This document shows positions 8,877-19,340 of a DNA stretch of 64,000 nt, in pieces (positions within the stretch are counted from its first letter, which is position 1; every line of letters begins with the position of its first letter). The notes beneath the pieces were generated by a model, which was given only the letters and a program-made list of their open reading frames with translations, was not told the origin of the DNA and did not search any database. The stretch spans positions 1-64,000 of the forward strand of contig JBDKUN010000042.1 in the NCBI GenBank assembly GCA_039679675.1. Direction: 5' to 3'. The position numbers and the translations under genes are program-made. The stretch is from Armatimonadota bacterium (GTDB taxonomy: Bacteria > Armatimonadota > UBA5829 > DTLH01).

Positions 8877-9257
8877 CTACATTTTGAGAAGCGCGTGTCG
8901 TTCACCGCATTCATCACGATAATACGCTAACTTCCCGGGAATGCAAGAGATAATTGCACCCCATCCAGACTCAACAATTTGCTCTATCGCATCAGAAAGA
9001 GACCGAGTGCTGCCGTCAATCCGCTCGTCTCCAGAGATTATATAGACATTCTCCGGGCTGCCTTCCTTTCGCAATAGTGCCTTTATATCTTCCCGCTGCG
9101 ACAGCCACACCGTATGACTTGGTTCCAACACATGAGTGTGGTTCAAGCAGTTCAGTTCTTTCGAGCGAATCTTGGGGTTATCCATAAAATAGCGAAACCT
9201 GTGACGTTTCTCTCTGGTGATAAACGAAGAGACCGTTTTATCTTCATGCTCATTCAT
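8877..9257 (-). CDS. Hypothetical protein
   Basis: 126-aa ORF with GGAG RBS; C-terminal IISCIPGKLAYY-E motif, function unknown. Confidence 0.7.
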   Translation of the reverse strand: MNEHEDKTVSSFITREKRHRFRYFMDNPKIRSKELNCLNHTHVLEPSHTVWLSQREDIKALLRKEGSPENVYIISGDERIDGSTRSLSDAIEQIVESGWGAIISCIPGKLAYYRDECGERHALLKM

Positions 9258-9357
9258 AACACACTCTCCGTCGGTTATTGTCTACTATCGGGAGTCAGCA
9301 TCTGAAACCCGGAATATTCTGCAGGAAGATAAACGGCAATTCTATGTCCCCTATATT

Positions 9358-12300
9358 CTACTGATTCACAGTCACATCGATCTCACGTCTCGTTGTAGGG
9401 GTACTGAACCCTTCCGGCGGAACTACAGAGACCGTGCATGTTCCTGCCGCCAGCGGAGTAAACTTCGTTACTGCTGAATTTCCATTCGAATCGAACGTCA
9501 GCGGACTGACTGTGATCGATCCAATGTTTACGTTCGAGCTTACCACATCGACGTTGACTGTCAATCCTCCCCGCAGTTGTTGATAAGCTGAATATGTATA
9601 GTTAACAGGGTCCAACCGGGCGGGCCTTATATCCAAACTGGAGCTAACAGCGCCCACTTTGGTAGTAATGCTGCTGGGGCTGCAAATAACAAACCCGGAC
9701 GGGTTTACAGTGATCGTCTTTTCCACAGGGCTATAGCCGGGCGCCGATATTGTAAGTGTAGTCGTGCCGAGGCCGCGTCCCTGCACATAGAATGCCCTGC
9801 TGCTAGTATTTCCTACACCGCTGAATGTGACGCTGGATGTCCCCTCAACCAGAGGGTCTGTGGTGACTGTAGCCACCGACGATGAACCGACTGTTATCGT
9901 CACATCTACAGGCTGCGGCGGAGCTGTCTGCAGATAGAAACTTATATTGGTCTGCAGATCGCGTCCTACACAGACATCATACGTCGTGACGTTGGGAACA
10001 ACAACCGTCACAGGAATCGTGTTCCTGGTCGCTGATGTCTGGAAGCCATCAGGCGTGCTGACGGATATTACGGCGCTTCCCGTAGCGACAGGCTGGAAAG
10101 ACACTTTTGCGCTGCCGGTATTCCCTTGCAGGGTAATAGAATTTGCGGAAAGTGTACCGACAGTCCCATCGGATATTGCCACAGGAACTGTAACACTCGT
10201 TATCCCGCCTCTCAGGTTCTGAGGAGCAGAATAGGTAAGATTACTCGCATTCAGCATAACAGACCTGATATCCATATCTGTTGATGCAGAGTAGTATGTC
10301 GTGTTAATACTGCTGGGATTGTAGATCATGAACCCTGATGGGTTTACAGTGATTGTCTTTACCACAGGGTTATAACCGGGGGCCGAAACAGTCATTGTAG
10401 TTGTGCCAATGCTTCGCCCCTGCACATAGAACGTTTTGCTTGCAGTACTTGTTACGCCGCTGAATATAACACTGGATGATCCTTCGACTGCGGGGTCCGT
10501 AGTGACCGTAGCCACCGACGATGAACCGACTGTTACCGTCACATCTACAGGCTGCGGCGGAGCTACCTGCAGACTGCAATATGTTGACACCTGCAGATCA
10601 CGTCCAACACTGGTATCATACGCTGTGATGGAAGAAGCCGTGATCGTAGCAGTTATCGATTGCTTGTTTGCCGGTGTAGTAAACCCATCTGGCGTGCTGA
10701 TCGAAATCGTTGCGGTACCGGCTCCCACGGGGTCAAACTCTGTTTTCGCGCTGGTTACGTTAGCTCCTATGGTGACACTATATGCCGTAAGAACGCCTGC
10801 ACCAGTATTCGATATACTGACGGGAACCGTAACGTTCGCTATTCCGCCTCTCAGGGTCTGAGGTGCTGAGTAGGTAAGAGTACCTGCATTCAGCATAGCA
10901 GGTCTGATATCGATTGACGTATTGCTCGCAAATGTAGTTGTGCTGATGCTGCTGGGGCTGTAGATCACAAACCCAGACGGGTTTACAGTGACTGTCTTTT
11001 CCACAGAGTTATAGCCCGGTGCCGATACAGTTAATTTGGCTGTACCAACGCTTCGGCCCTGCACATAAAACACCTTGCTATTACTGTTTGCTACACCACT
11101 GAAGGTAATACTTGCTGTCCCTTCGACTGCAGGGTCTGTAGTAAGCGTAGCTACAGTCGGTGAATCGACTGTTACTGTCATATCGACAGGCTCAGGCGGA
11201 GCTACCTGCAGACTGCAATATGTCGATGTCTGCAGATCACGTCCCACACTGACGTCATACGCTATGATGGAAGAAGCCGTGACTGTAGCAGTTATCGATT
11301 GCTTGTTTGCCGGAGTTGTGAATCCCTCAGGCGCGCTGATCGAAATCGTCGCGGTACCGGCTCCCACGGGGTCAAACTGAGTCTTCGCATTGTATTGTCC
11401 GGCAGCAATACTGAGAGGATTTATAGTAATCGTGCCGACCTGCGTGTCAGAAGGTACACAGCTGATATTGACAGGCACACTGACAGGGCCTACTCCCGGC
11501 CTTAGAGGCAGGTTTGCTGCGTAGGCATGTGTAGATGAGTCCAGCATAGCAGGTCTGACATCGATGTCTGTATTATTCGCGAACGAAGTCGTGCTGAAGT
11601 TGCCGGGGTTGTAGATCACAAACCCGGACGGGGCAAGTGTGACCTTGAATACCTTCCCCAAACCTCCCTGCGCCATAGCAGTTACATTCACAGTGCCTGA
11701 ATCAGCCAAGCCATGGACATAGAATGTGGGCAAATTGGATGATCCGCCGTTTACCGTCAGTGTAATGCTGCTGCTGCCGACTGCGTCGGTTGTTTTCGAG
11801 AGAGTAACCTTGCTGGGGTCAGAACTTGTGATAACTACCTTGAGCTTTGTACCGTACTGGACCTGAGAAGGCAGGTAACCGTTCAGTGAAGTCATGAGGT
11901 CCTTGCCGACGGTAGCGTTGCCTATATTTATCTCCTGGCGCTGCCCCATAACCAGGATATTACAGCGCGCATTGTTTATTATTGCAGGCGCCGCGCTTGG
12001 ATCGAGCCCGCCGTATGCAGCAACGAAATCACCGCTGCACACAACATGTCCCGCCGACACCACCTTCACACGGTGGTTGGAGCCGGAGCCATCATCTATC
12101 CAGAACGAATTCTCGTCAATATAAGTGCATTTCCCCCACACTTTGAAAAGGTGCGTGGTCACGAAGGAAGAAGACTGTGTAAGGAGAGTAGACAGAGCGT
12201 CTTTGCACCCTATTCCTAACACCTGAGCGGTAGTGTACGCCGCACTGGAATCTGTGCAGGTATTTCCCGCTTCGTCGGAGGCAATTACTGTTACATTATG

Positions 12301-12579
12301 GATACCGAGTGCAGAACTCGCTGATATATCGCCTTCCCACTTATTGACTTCGGTAAAAGTCAAAGGGACCGAATCGGCAGTCACGCTGGTTACCGCCGTG
12401 TCATCAGTTACTTCTGCGACGATGTGGACAGTATCACCAGGAGCGGCCATCTGAGGCAAGACAGTCACGGAACTCACAACTGGAGGGGTAACATCCTGCG
12501 CGATTGCGGCGCCCACCGCAAAAAACAACAACGTCAGCAAAATAATGATGAATCTCTTGACTCTCAATTCTGGTCCCAC
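9358..12579 (-). CDS. Large secreted Ser/Thr-rich surface protein: Ig-like domain, OB-fold-like domain and four ~213-aa tandem Ig-like repeats
   Basis: Signal peptide; repeated VG(R/K)DLxT...PSGF(V/M)IY-P...DIRP units. The start may instead be TTG 12567. Confidence 0.85.
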   Translation of the reverse strand: MGPELRVKRFIIILLTLLFFAVGAAIAQDVTPPVVSSVTVLPQMAAPGDTVHIVAEVTDDTAVTSVTADSVPLTFTEVNKWEGDISASSALGIHNVTVIASDEAGNTCTDSSAAYTTAQVLGIGCKDALSTLLTQSSSFVTTHLFKVWGKCTYIDENSFWIDDGSGSNHRVKVVSAGHVVCSGDFVAAYGGLDPSAAPAIINNARCNILVMGQRQEINIGNATVGKDLMTSLNGYLPSQVQYGTKLKVVITSSDPSKVTLSKTTDAVGSSSITLTVNGGSSNLPTFYVHGLADSGTVNVTAMAQGGLGKVFKVTLAPSGFVIYNPGNFSTTSFANNTDIDVRPAMLDSSTHAYAANLPLRPGVGPVSVPVNISCVPSDTQVGTITINPLSIAAGQYNAKTQFDPVGAGTATISISAPEGFTTPANKQSITATVTASSIIAYDVSVGRDLQTSTYCSLQVAPPEPVDMTVTVDSPTVATLTTDPAVEGTASITFSGVANSNSKVFYVQGRSVGTAKLTVSAPGYNSVEKTVTVNPSGFVIYSPSSISTTTFASNTSIDIRPAMLNAGTLTYSAPQTLRGGIANVTVPVSISNTGAGVLTAYSVTIGANVTSAKTEFDPVGAGTATISISTPDGFTTPANKQSITATITASSITAYDTSVGRDLQVSTYCSLQVAPPQPVDVTVTVGSSSVATVTTDPAVEGSSSVIFSGVTSTASKTFYVQGRSIGTTTMTVSAPGYNPVVKTITVNPSGFMIYNPSSINTTYYSASTDMDIRSVMLNASNLTYSAPQNLRGGITSVTVPVAISDGTVGTLSANSITLQGNTGSAKVSFQPVATGSAVISVSTPDGFQTSATRNTIPVTVVVPNVTTYDVCVGRDLQTNISFYLQTAPPQPVDVTITVGSSSVATVTTDPLVEGTSSVTFSGVGNTSSRAFYVQGRGLGTTTLTISAPGYSPVEKTITVNPSGFVICSPSSITTKVGAVSSSLDIRPARLDPVNYTYSAYQQLRGGLTVNVDVVSSNVNIGSITVSPLTFDSNGNSAVTKFTPLAAGTCTVSVVPPEGFSTPTTRREIDVTVNQ
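9400..11915 (-). repeat. Intragenic tandem repeats with 639-nt period
   Basis: GCAGATC(A/G)CGTCC anchor at 9954, 10593 and 11232 (exactly 639 nt apart); a more diverged unit near 11896. Confidence 0.85.
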
Positions 12580-12773
12580 CTTTTTCCGGGTTCAAACCCT
12601 GTTTCGCCTGCAACTGGAGCAGGCTTGCGTATTGTACATTAATACAGTTATTTAACACTTATGTCAATGCATTTAGCTGATTCGACTGCGTAATTAACAC
12701 GGATATAGAACAAATACCAGTATAATTACCGGGTTTACGAGGGACTGACTCTATCAAGAGATGAGGTATGAGA

Positions 12774-12807
12774 AACGAGGGACGAGTAGACACCATCCCT
12801 CGTTTTA
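12774..12807 (-). terminator. Probable terminator after ybaB
   Basis: AAACGAGGGA...TCCCTCGTTT hairpin. Confidence 0.6.
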
Positions 12808-12884
12808 TGCTGTTTTTACTGACATCCATATGAAGGTTTGGAGGGGTAAGATACCCCCTGGGTAAGATTACCCACAAACAACGA

Positions 12885-13238
12885 TTAGAATCCTGGGATA
12901 TTCATGCCAGGGGGAAGGCCCATGCTGCCCGCAAGCTCCTGCATCTTCTCAGCGCGCCGCTCGCTAGCGCGTTCCAGCGCCTCACGTACCGCACTCGTCA
13001 CAAGGTCCTGCAGCATTTCTACATCTTCGGGATTTACCACTTCTGGGCTTATTTTTACTTCGAGAAGCTGGGGAATACCGTTCATTACCGCAGTGACCAT
13101 TCCACCGCCGGAACTCGCCTCTATCCGCTCCTCGGCAAGCTCCTCCTCCATCTTCTCCCGGTCCTCAGTGATCTTCTGGACCTGCTTCATAATCGATTGC
13201 ATGTTAAACCCGCCAAAGCCACCAGGCATTTTAGGCAT
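12885..13238 (-). CDS. ybaB: YbaB/EbfC family nucleoid-associated protein
   Basis: GGGMVT and DVEMLQDLV motifs; directly follows dnaX. Confidence 0.93.
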   Translation of the reverse strand: MPKMPGGFGGFNMQSIMKQVQKITEDREKMEEELAEERIEASSGGGMVTAVMNGIPQLLEVKISPEVVNPEDVEMLQDLVTSAVREALERASERRAEKMQELAGSMGLPPGMNIPGF

Positions 13239-13241
13239 TTA

Positions 13242-14936
13242 TTAATTCTCCTCCCAGGGATTATAATCTTCATCGTCTACATCCTTGACGATTGATCCGC
13301 CAAACATCTGCAGCACGTCCTGCACCATATCGCCCGTGTCCGCACCATCAAGTTGAGCAGGCGCAGCTTCTAGCGCAGCCTCAACCGGTGTAGAAACCTC
13401 AGGTTTGGCCGCCTGCAATACCGTGACTTTTATAGAAAACTTCCTTCCAAGCACCGCTTCGAACGCCCGGCTGATTATCTCGATATTTGCAGGCGACTGG
13501 GCATTCTGGACGTGGAATTTCCACTTCTCATCGAAGCCCAGAGATATAAACTTACCCTCTACAGCTGCAACTTCCGCCTCTCTCAGCATACCCGCAACGA
13601 GCGCTTTTCGCTGAACATCTTTGATGTGCTTTATAACCCTCGGCCAGGCCTGTCTTACCCGCGCCAGCCCTATTTCAACGTTAGGATCGGCATCAACAAC
13701 CGGAGGCTCGTCGTCAACAGGCTCTGAAACAGACGTCTCAACCGGATTTGCGGCCTTTCCCGGAGCAGGCTGCGGCGCTCTTGGAGCCGTCTTCAGTGGT
13801 TTGTTCGCGGCTGGAGTCAGCCGCACCGGCTCGGCAGGCTGTTCAGCCGCCGGTATTGCCCGCTGCGGCTGTGCCTGCGGGTAAATCGCCTTCAAAAATG
13901 CCAGTTCCAGGACCAGTCTGTGCTGATCGTTCCACCTGAGGTCTCTTTCGGCGGAAGCAAATACATCAACAAGCGACACCAACTGCTCCCGGCTGTACTG
14001 CCTGGCTCGTTCGGCTGCTTTTATGCTTGTTTCCGACCCTGCGCCTACTGCAGCTGCCAACAGGTCGCGAAAATGCCCCGCAATCGCCTTAATCAACTCG
14101 CGGACATCCTTGCCTTCGTGTATCAACCGTCCGGCAAGTTCGAATGCCGTAGAGGCGTCCTTCCTCGCTATAACATCGGAGACTTCGAACAGTACATCCT
14201 CATCCACCGTTCCCAGCACTGTATTCACATGCTCCACGGTTATGCTGTCGTTCGTAAAAGACAGCACCTGTTCGAGCAGGCTCAAAGCATCCCGCCATGA
14301 TCCCCGCCCGTTTCGCGCAAGGACATCTATGGCGGCATCATCTGCCCCCCTGCCCTCCTGTTCAAGCACGTACCGAAGTCTGGAAGCAATGTCGCTCACG
14401 CTCCCGCGTCTGAAATCGAACTGCTGGCAGCGCGAACGTATAGTAAGCGGTATTTCATGCGCCTCGGTTGTCGCAAGTATAAAGATTGCATGGGATGGAG
14501 GCTCTTCCAGCGTTTTGAGGAATGCGTCTTTCGCAGCATCAGACAACTGGTGCGCTTCGTCGATGACGAAAACCTTGTATCTGAGATGCATCGGGGGATA
14601 TTTTACGTTATCGCGGATCTCCTTTATGTCGTCGATGCCTCTGTTCGAGGCTGCATCCAGCTCGACCACATCGACCGCTGAACCATCCACAATACTCCTG
14701 CAGGCATCGCACTCGTTGCAGGGGCTAGGAGTAGGCCCATGCTCACAATTGACGGCTTTTGCAAGAAGTCTCGCCACCGTAGTCTTTCCAGTGCCCCTGG
14801 AACCGCAGAAAAGATACGCGTGACCGATTCTTCCAGAGCTTATAGCGTTCTGCAAAGTCCGGGTCACATGGTCCTGTCCCACAACGTCGTCAAAAGTCTG
14901 GGACCTGTATTTGCGGTAAAGTGATACGTAGGACAT
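13242..14936 (-). CDS. dnaX: DNA polymerase III subunit gamma/tau
   Basis: LYRKYRSQTF, Walker A GSRGTGKT, C4 zinc module, IDEAH, TIRSRC. Start at ATG 14936; the longer ORF runs into the SRP RNA. Confidence 0.97.
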   Translation of the reverse strand: MSYVSLYRKYRSQTFDDVVGQDHVTRTLQNAISSGRIGHAYLFCGSRGTGKTTVARLLAKAVNCEHGPTPSPCNECDACRSIVDGSAVDVVELDAASNRGIDDIKEIRDNVKYPPMHLRYKVFVIDEAHQLSDAAKDAFLKTLEEPPSHAIFILATTEAHEIPLTIRSRCQQFDFRRGSVSDIASRLRYVLEQEGRGADDAAIDVLARNGRGSWRDALSLLEQVLSFTNDSITVEHVNTVLGTVDEDVLFEVSDVIARKDASTAFELAGRLIHEGKDVRELIKAIAGHFRDLLAAAVGAGSETSIKAAERARQYSREQLVSLVDVFASAERDLRWNDQHRLVLELAFLKAIYPQAQPQRAIPAAEQPAEPVRLTPAANKPLKTAPRAPQPAPGKAANPVETSVSEPVDDEPPVVDADPNVEIGLARVRQAWPRVIKHIKDVQRKALVAGMLREAEVAAVEGKFISLGFDEKWKFHVQNAQSPANIEIISRAFEAVLGRKFSIKVTVLQAAKPEVSTPVEAALEAAPAQLDGADTGDMVQDVLQMFGGSIVKDVDDEDYNPWEEN

Positions 14937-14967
14937 GGTAATGTGTTGGTTCAGGTTAATCCCCATC

Positions 14968-15246
14968 AGGTGACCGTGCACCTGCCGTCGATACGCCCGT
15001 CCAAGTGTTACCTCATGAAAGGAAGCTCCAGCCAGGACACCTGGCGGCACATGGGCGAACCTGTTTACCGCTGCTTCCTTCCGGACCTGACGGGTTTTGC
15101 AGGACGGCCATTGCGCCGGGCCCGACTATCAACGCCCCTAAGCATAAGTGCTCCTCGAACGAACGAACCTCTAGCAGGAATTCGACCCCGCTATAGCGGA
15201 TTGCGGGTGCAGGGCACCGCTGGCTCCCCGTCTAGCACGATCACCT
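14968..15246 (-). ncRNA. ffs: Large (Bacillus-type, Alu-domain) signal recognition particle RNA
   Basis: Minus strand reads CGTGCTAGACGGGGAG...GCGGTGCCCTG...CCGTCAGGTCCGGAAGGAAGCAGCGG...GGTGCACGG. The ends are complementary and the RNA sits in the usual position upstream of dnaX. Confidence 0.95.
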
Positions 15247-15349
15247 GATGAGGACTACGGGGAAATACCCCAAAATCTTCAGCCCTGTAATTATACTACA
15301 TCCCACACCGCTTTCCTAGTAGAAAACGCAATAAATTCCGCCTTATGAC

Positions 15350-16846
15350 TTACGGCTCTTTGCCATCAGAAAACGCTCTTGCAATGACATCCTTTGGCAA
15401 TTGCTTTGTAAACAAACTGACCACCGGAACGACTATGAATGGAACCAGCACTGCCAGCGCTCCTGAAGCAGGAATCCAAGGTTGTCCCTTGCATATATAG
15501 AAGACGACTACCAGTCCGAGCCCAACACACATACCTGCAACAGCGCCTGCGGATGTAGTTTTACGCCAGAACAGTCCATATACATACGGTGCTGCAAACG
15601 ACCCGGCAAGAGCACCCCAGGCAAGCGCCATCAGATCAACTATGAACATCGGCCTCTTAAGAGCTATCAACAGAGACGCTGCCACGAATACTCCGCAGAG
15701 TACCCGCATAAGTGCCATTATATTGTTCTTTGACGCATTTGGCTTGATCGCACCTGCATACAGATCCATGACAATTGCTGAGCTGGATACCAGCACAATG
15801 GATGACAGGCTCGACATCGAGGCGGAGAACACCAATACAATGATTACAATAGATATCGCCGCAGGCGTGTGACGTGCAAGCAGTGTCGGCATCAAGTTAT
15901 CGATGTTGGTTTTTGCAACGCCCATTATCGCAGGATCTTTCACCGCAAAGAGGTGAGTCATGGCACCCGAATAATATGCTCCGAATGCCATCAACAACGA
16001 AAAGATGGTACAAACTATCATCGTGCTTTTGATATAGGCTTTGCTTTTTATCGAGTAAAACTTCTGCACCATTTGCGGCAGTCCCCAGGGGCCAAAACTT
16101 GTGACTATGACCAATGACCACAAAGTGATCCATCCCGGCGGACAGCCCGGTTTTGCAGGCATAAACAGACCAGGCGCATTTACGGGCTTTAGCAAATTGT
16201 GAGTAGCTTGACCGAATCCGCCTACCTGTGACGCCAGGAAATATACCATTATCAACACGCCGAACAGCTCGATTATGCCGCGTATAAAGTCTGTTATTGT
16301 AAGCGCTATATAGCCGCCCATCATCAGATAGACTCCTGTCAGCAGAGCCATAAACCCCAAAGCATACTGATATGGAATATTGAAATAAGTGCCGACAAGA
16401 TAGCTTAAGCCGGTGTAGACCGATGCAGAATATGGAACCAGAAACACGAATACTATCGTTGCGGAGATAATTCTCAACGACTTATTGTTAAAGCGGACAG
16501 CCAAAAAGTCCGGCATCGTCATACAATTGAGACGCGCGGTCATTGTCCGAGTGCGGGAGCCTAGAATCCGCCAGGCCAACAAGCATCCTACAATGGCATT
16601 GCCGACGACGATCCACATTGTGTGTATGCCGAATCCCCATCCCAGATTACCTGCGTACCCAATGAACAGCACCGCCGAAAAATACGTAGTACCATAGGCA
16701 AAAGCCGACATCCACGGTCCAATTGACCTGTTGCCAAGAAAAAAATCACCTACACTCTTAGTCCTCTTCATCGACCAATAGCCGATGCCCATCATAACCA
16801 GCACATAAAGGACAATTATTACGATCCCTATAGCTGCCAAACTCAT
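15350..16846 (-). CDS. Sodium:solute symporter (SSS family)
   Basis: About 13 TM helices; DFFLGNRSIGPW, TMPDFL-RF and FSASMSSLSS motifs. Confidence 0.92.
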   Translation of the reverse strand: MSLAAIGIVIIVLYVLVMMGIGYWSMKRTKSVGDFFLGNRSIGPWMSAFAYGTTYFSAVLFIGYAGNLGWGFGIHTMWIVVGNAIVGCLLAWRILGSRTRTMTARLNCMTMPDFLAVRFNNKSLRIISATIVFVFLVPYSASVYTGLSYLVGTYFNIPYQYALGFMALLTGVYLMMGGYIALTITDFIRGIIELFGVLIMVYFLASQVGGFGQATHNLLKPVNAPGLFMPAKPGCPPGWITLWSLVIVTSFGPWGLPQMVQKFYSIKSKAYIKSTMIVCTIFSLLMAFGAYYSGAMTHLFAVKDPAIMGVAKTNIDNLMPTLLARHTPAAISIVIIVLVFSASMSSLSSIVLVSSSAIVMDLYAGAIKPNASKNNIMALMRVLCGVFVAASLLIALKRPMFIVDLMALAWGALAGSFAAPYVYGLFWRKTTSAGAVAGMCVGLGLVVVFYICKGQPWIPASGALAVLVPFIVVPVVSLFTKQLPKDVIARAFSDGKEP

Positions 16847-16877
16847 TATCTCCTTGTTACGCAGTCTTTGAACAAGA

Positions 16878-16906
16878 AGAATACCACAACTCAGCTATAA
16901 CGGCAA
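16878..16906 (-). promoter_or_regulatory. sigma70-type promoter of the symporter
   Basis: Minus strand TTGCCG-N17-TATTCT with extended -10 TGn. Confidence 0.5.
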
Positions 16907-16918
16907 CATTTACATTGA

Positions 16919-16954
16919 TAAAAAACGGCCGGAACTTATAATGGCTCCGGCCGT
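16919..16954 (-). terminator. Rho-independent terminator of the ABC/TPR operon
   Basis: Minus strand AACGGCCGGA...TCCGGCCGTT followed by a T-run. Confidence 0.8.
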
Positions 16955-16985
16955 TCGATGTATCTTATTTTCAATGTATCCTATT

Positions 16986-18470
16986 TTATAGAATATCGCT
17001 TTTCTTCAGGATAAAGTCCTTCCGAAGGATTCTCACACCAGGAATGGTCTTGGTATCTAGACAGTGCTTATCTGTAAGCCCTTCGCCAAGCCAGCCTATG
17101 CGGTCCTGGATAAAATCAGGCGCTTCCTGCGGGTTCATCCAGATGCTCAAGCGATATTTATCTTTGGTAAACGGATATTTATCGGGATCAAGACTCATAT
17201 TAATTGTTATGCTGAACTTTCCATCTCTGATCCCGGTATCGTCCATCATAACAGTCTGTTTCTTGTCTACTTCCCAGTTGAACGAGTCCAATCCCTTCAT
17301 ATGGAAGTAATCATAGTCCATATCGGACAGCAAGATCCTGAGCCTTGCACCGCTCTGCCACTTTGCTCTCCTCTCAAGAGGGAACGACTGGTTGGTTTGA
17401 TACCAATGTGTAAACGGTTCGGACGCCAGACCATTGTACTCCTCAGCAGGAACAATATTTGCAGTCCCCGAAATGAGCAGCACTCCAGGTTTCAGTTTTT
17501 TCCATGTAACATTGAACTTAGCGTCTACCGGCGGCATAGTATCGATCTTTGTCTTGCCACTGGCAACCAACTGGGCATAATACTTCTTAGCACCCGCAAC
17601 TGCGCGAGCTTCGTTCTTGTCCGGTTGCTTGACCGACTCAAATACGTCAAGGCCGCGCTTATACGCACTCATATCACCCGTCCGCCAGGCATCCCTGAGA
17701 AGCATCAGACCGAGGTTTCGCTTGCAGATATCGATATCCTCTTGAATGGTGTAGTCATTCTTTTTCTTCCGGGCATTCGCTTCCGCTACACCTAAAGTCT
17801 CTCTCCACTTAGCCTCAGCGCGGCCTATATCACCGATGCGCTCGTAGGCATGTGCAACCATTCTATCGACGAACGCCGGTCTAGGTAGTTTAGCGCCGGT
17901 ATTAGGATCGCAGGTGTTTCGTTTCGCAGCTTCCTCAAGCCACTTCGCAGCACCACGATAATCTTTCATTTTTTGCTGGTAATGCATCCAGCCGAGTTCA
18001 AAGTAAAGATCATATACGTCCGGATTATTGCTGATTCCTTCTCTAAGAAGCGCAATAGCCGGAGGAATATACCGTCTGTCCGAGCGCTGCTCCTGATCGA
18101 CAAAATTATAGTCTAAATGCCACGCTCCGGTGCTGTATACATCCAACTGATGAGGGTCGAGCCATGTGACAACTCTTACGATCGGCAGAATCGCCTCGTA
18201 TTCACCAGAATGGAAGAATTCATCGGCGCGGGCCCACAATACACTCGCAACTGCTTCCCGCATTCCCATCGCCGCAGCACCCATGAACTGCAGAGACATG
18301 TCGAACAGCAGGTTAGTTTTGCGTGTATCCTTGTCCGTAAGTACGTCCGTACTACGGAACGGAGCCCCTGGCGCGTATTTAAGCCGGTCCATCGGTATGC
18401 TGCACATAGAAGACGCTGCAAGCATCACGACTATCAGTCCCAAAAGGACAATTCGCGTCTGCCGGGTCAC
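16986..18470 (-). CDS. Membrane-anchored/exported TPR protein (PilG/XapA-like)
   Basis: N-terminal hydrophobic helix; LWARADEFFH...TWLDP...GAWHL-YN...LREGI-NNP TPR-like helices. Co-transcribed with the ABC genes. Confidence 0.75.
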   Translation of the reverse strand: MTRQTRIVLLGLIVVMLAASSMCSIPMDRLKYAPGAPFRSTDVLTDKDTRKTNLLFDMSLQFMGAAAMGMREAVASVLWARADEFFHSGEYEAILPIVRVVTWLDPHQLDVYSTGAWHLDYNFVDQEQRSDRRYIPPAIALLREGISNNPDVYDLYFELGWMHYQQKMKDYRGAAKWLEEAAKRNTCDPNTGAKLPRPAFVDRMVAHAYERIGDIGRAEAKWRETLGVAEANARKKKNDYTIQEDIDICKRNLGLMLLRDAWRTGDMSAYKRGLDVFESVKQPDKNEARAVAGAKKYYAQLVASGKTKIDTMPPVDAKFNVTWKKLKPGVLLISGTANIVPAEEYNGLASEPFTHWYQTNQSFPLERRAKWQSGARLRILLSDMDYDYFHMKGLDSFNWEVDKKQTVMMDDTGIRDGKFSITINMSLDPDKYPFTKDKYRLSIWMNPQEAPDFIQDRIGWLGEGLTDKHCLDTKTIPGVRILRKDFILKKSDIL

Positions 18471-18473
18471 AAG

Positions 18474-19340
18474 CTACACCTCCTTCCGGTCAAATACAAG
18501 CACTGCGGCAATCATCAAGAACGTCACGATGAGAAGTGCCTTCAGGACACCCATTACGACGTAGACTTCCATACTTCGGGCTTCGGTGTGGGGATGAATT
18601 ATCTTGTTTTGAATATTGTAGTAATCGAAGTTCGGAATTACTCTTTCCAGAACCCAGTAAAATGCTTTAACCAGCGGCGAAATATCCTTATTTTTGCTGT
18701 CCGCTATCGACTGCCATACTGCGGATGTACTGCCGATGACATAGACCGCGGAACTCGCAAAGAAGTTTACCGTAGGTGTAAGAAATACGGAGAAAAAGAC
18801 TACGACCGCAGACAGAATGAAAAACTGGCAGTATATGAAGAGAACTCCGATGAGAAGAGACGGATCAAATATCCGGGGCTTGATCGCGGCTGCCGCCTGG
18901 TCGCCCATCGCGAGCATACTGCTGGTCTGCGAGCCTAAGCCCGATACACTGCCGCTCAAAGCTGCTTTAACCGTAACCATGATAATGAATACGATCCCCA
19001 TCAAAGCAATGTTAACGGTCAGCGTAAGGACGCCTCCGATGAACTTGCCCAGCACGAATTCGTATCGGTTAACAGGTTTGGAAAGAATAGTGTAGAGTGT
19101 GCGGCGTTCCACTTCGGTCGGGATCAGCGAGACGCATAGTATCAGACTTATAATGAACCCTGCAAGCAGAATGATGAAGAGCCCGAGACTCTTCACGACC
19201 GTCATATCCGACTGAAATCCCAACTGAGTGAAGCTTAACGACAGCACAATCATAGCAACGGCGACGATGAGAAAGACATTCAATATCTTCTTTCTCATAG
19301 CTTCGCCGAAAGTGGTTTTAGCGATTGTCCAAATTACCAT
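18474..19340 (-). CDS. ABC-2 type transporter permease (PilI-like)
   Basis: 6 TM helices; IPTEVERRTLYTILSKPV-R-EFVLGK motif. Confidence 0.9.
   Translation of the reverse strand: MVIWTIAKTTFGEAMRKKILNVFLIVAVAMIVLSLSFTQLGFQSDMTVVKSLGLFIILLAGFIISLILCVSLIPTEVERRTLYTILSKPVNRYEFVLGKFIGGVLTLTVNIALMGIVFIIMVTVKAALSGSVSGLGSQTSSMLAMGDQAAAAIKPRIFDPSLLIGVLFIYCQFFILSAVVVFFSVFLTPTVNFFASSAVYVIGSTSAVWQSIADSKNKDISPLVKAFYWVLERVIPNFDYYNIQNKIIHPHTEARSMEVYVVMGVLKALLIVTFLMIAAVLVFDRKEV

Noticed and set aside
13242..14936. Programmed frameshift in dnaX
   Set aside because: No A-AAA-AAG or long A-run slippery site was noticed.
14937..15248. N-terminal extension of dnaX and small ORFs at 14943-15248
   Set aside because: They overlap the SRP RNA and are spurious translations.
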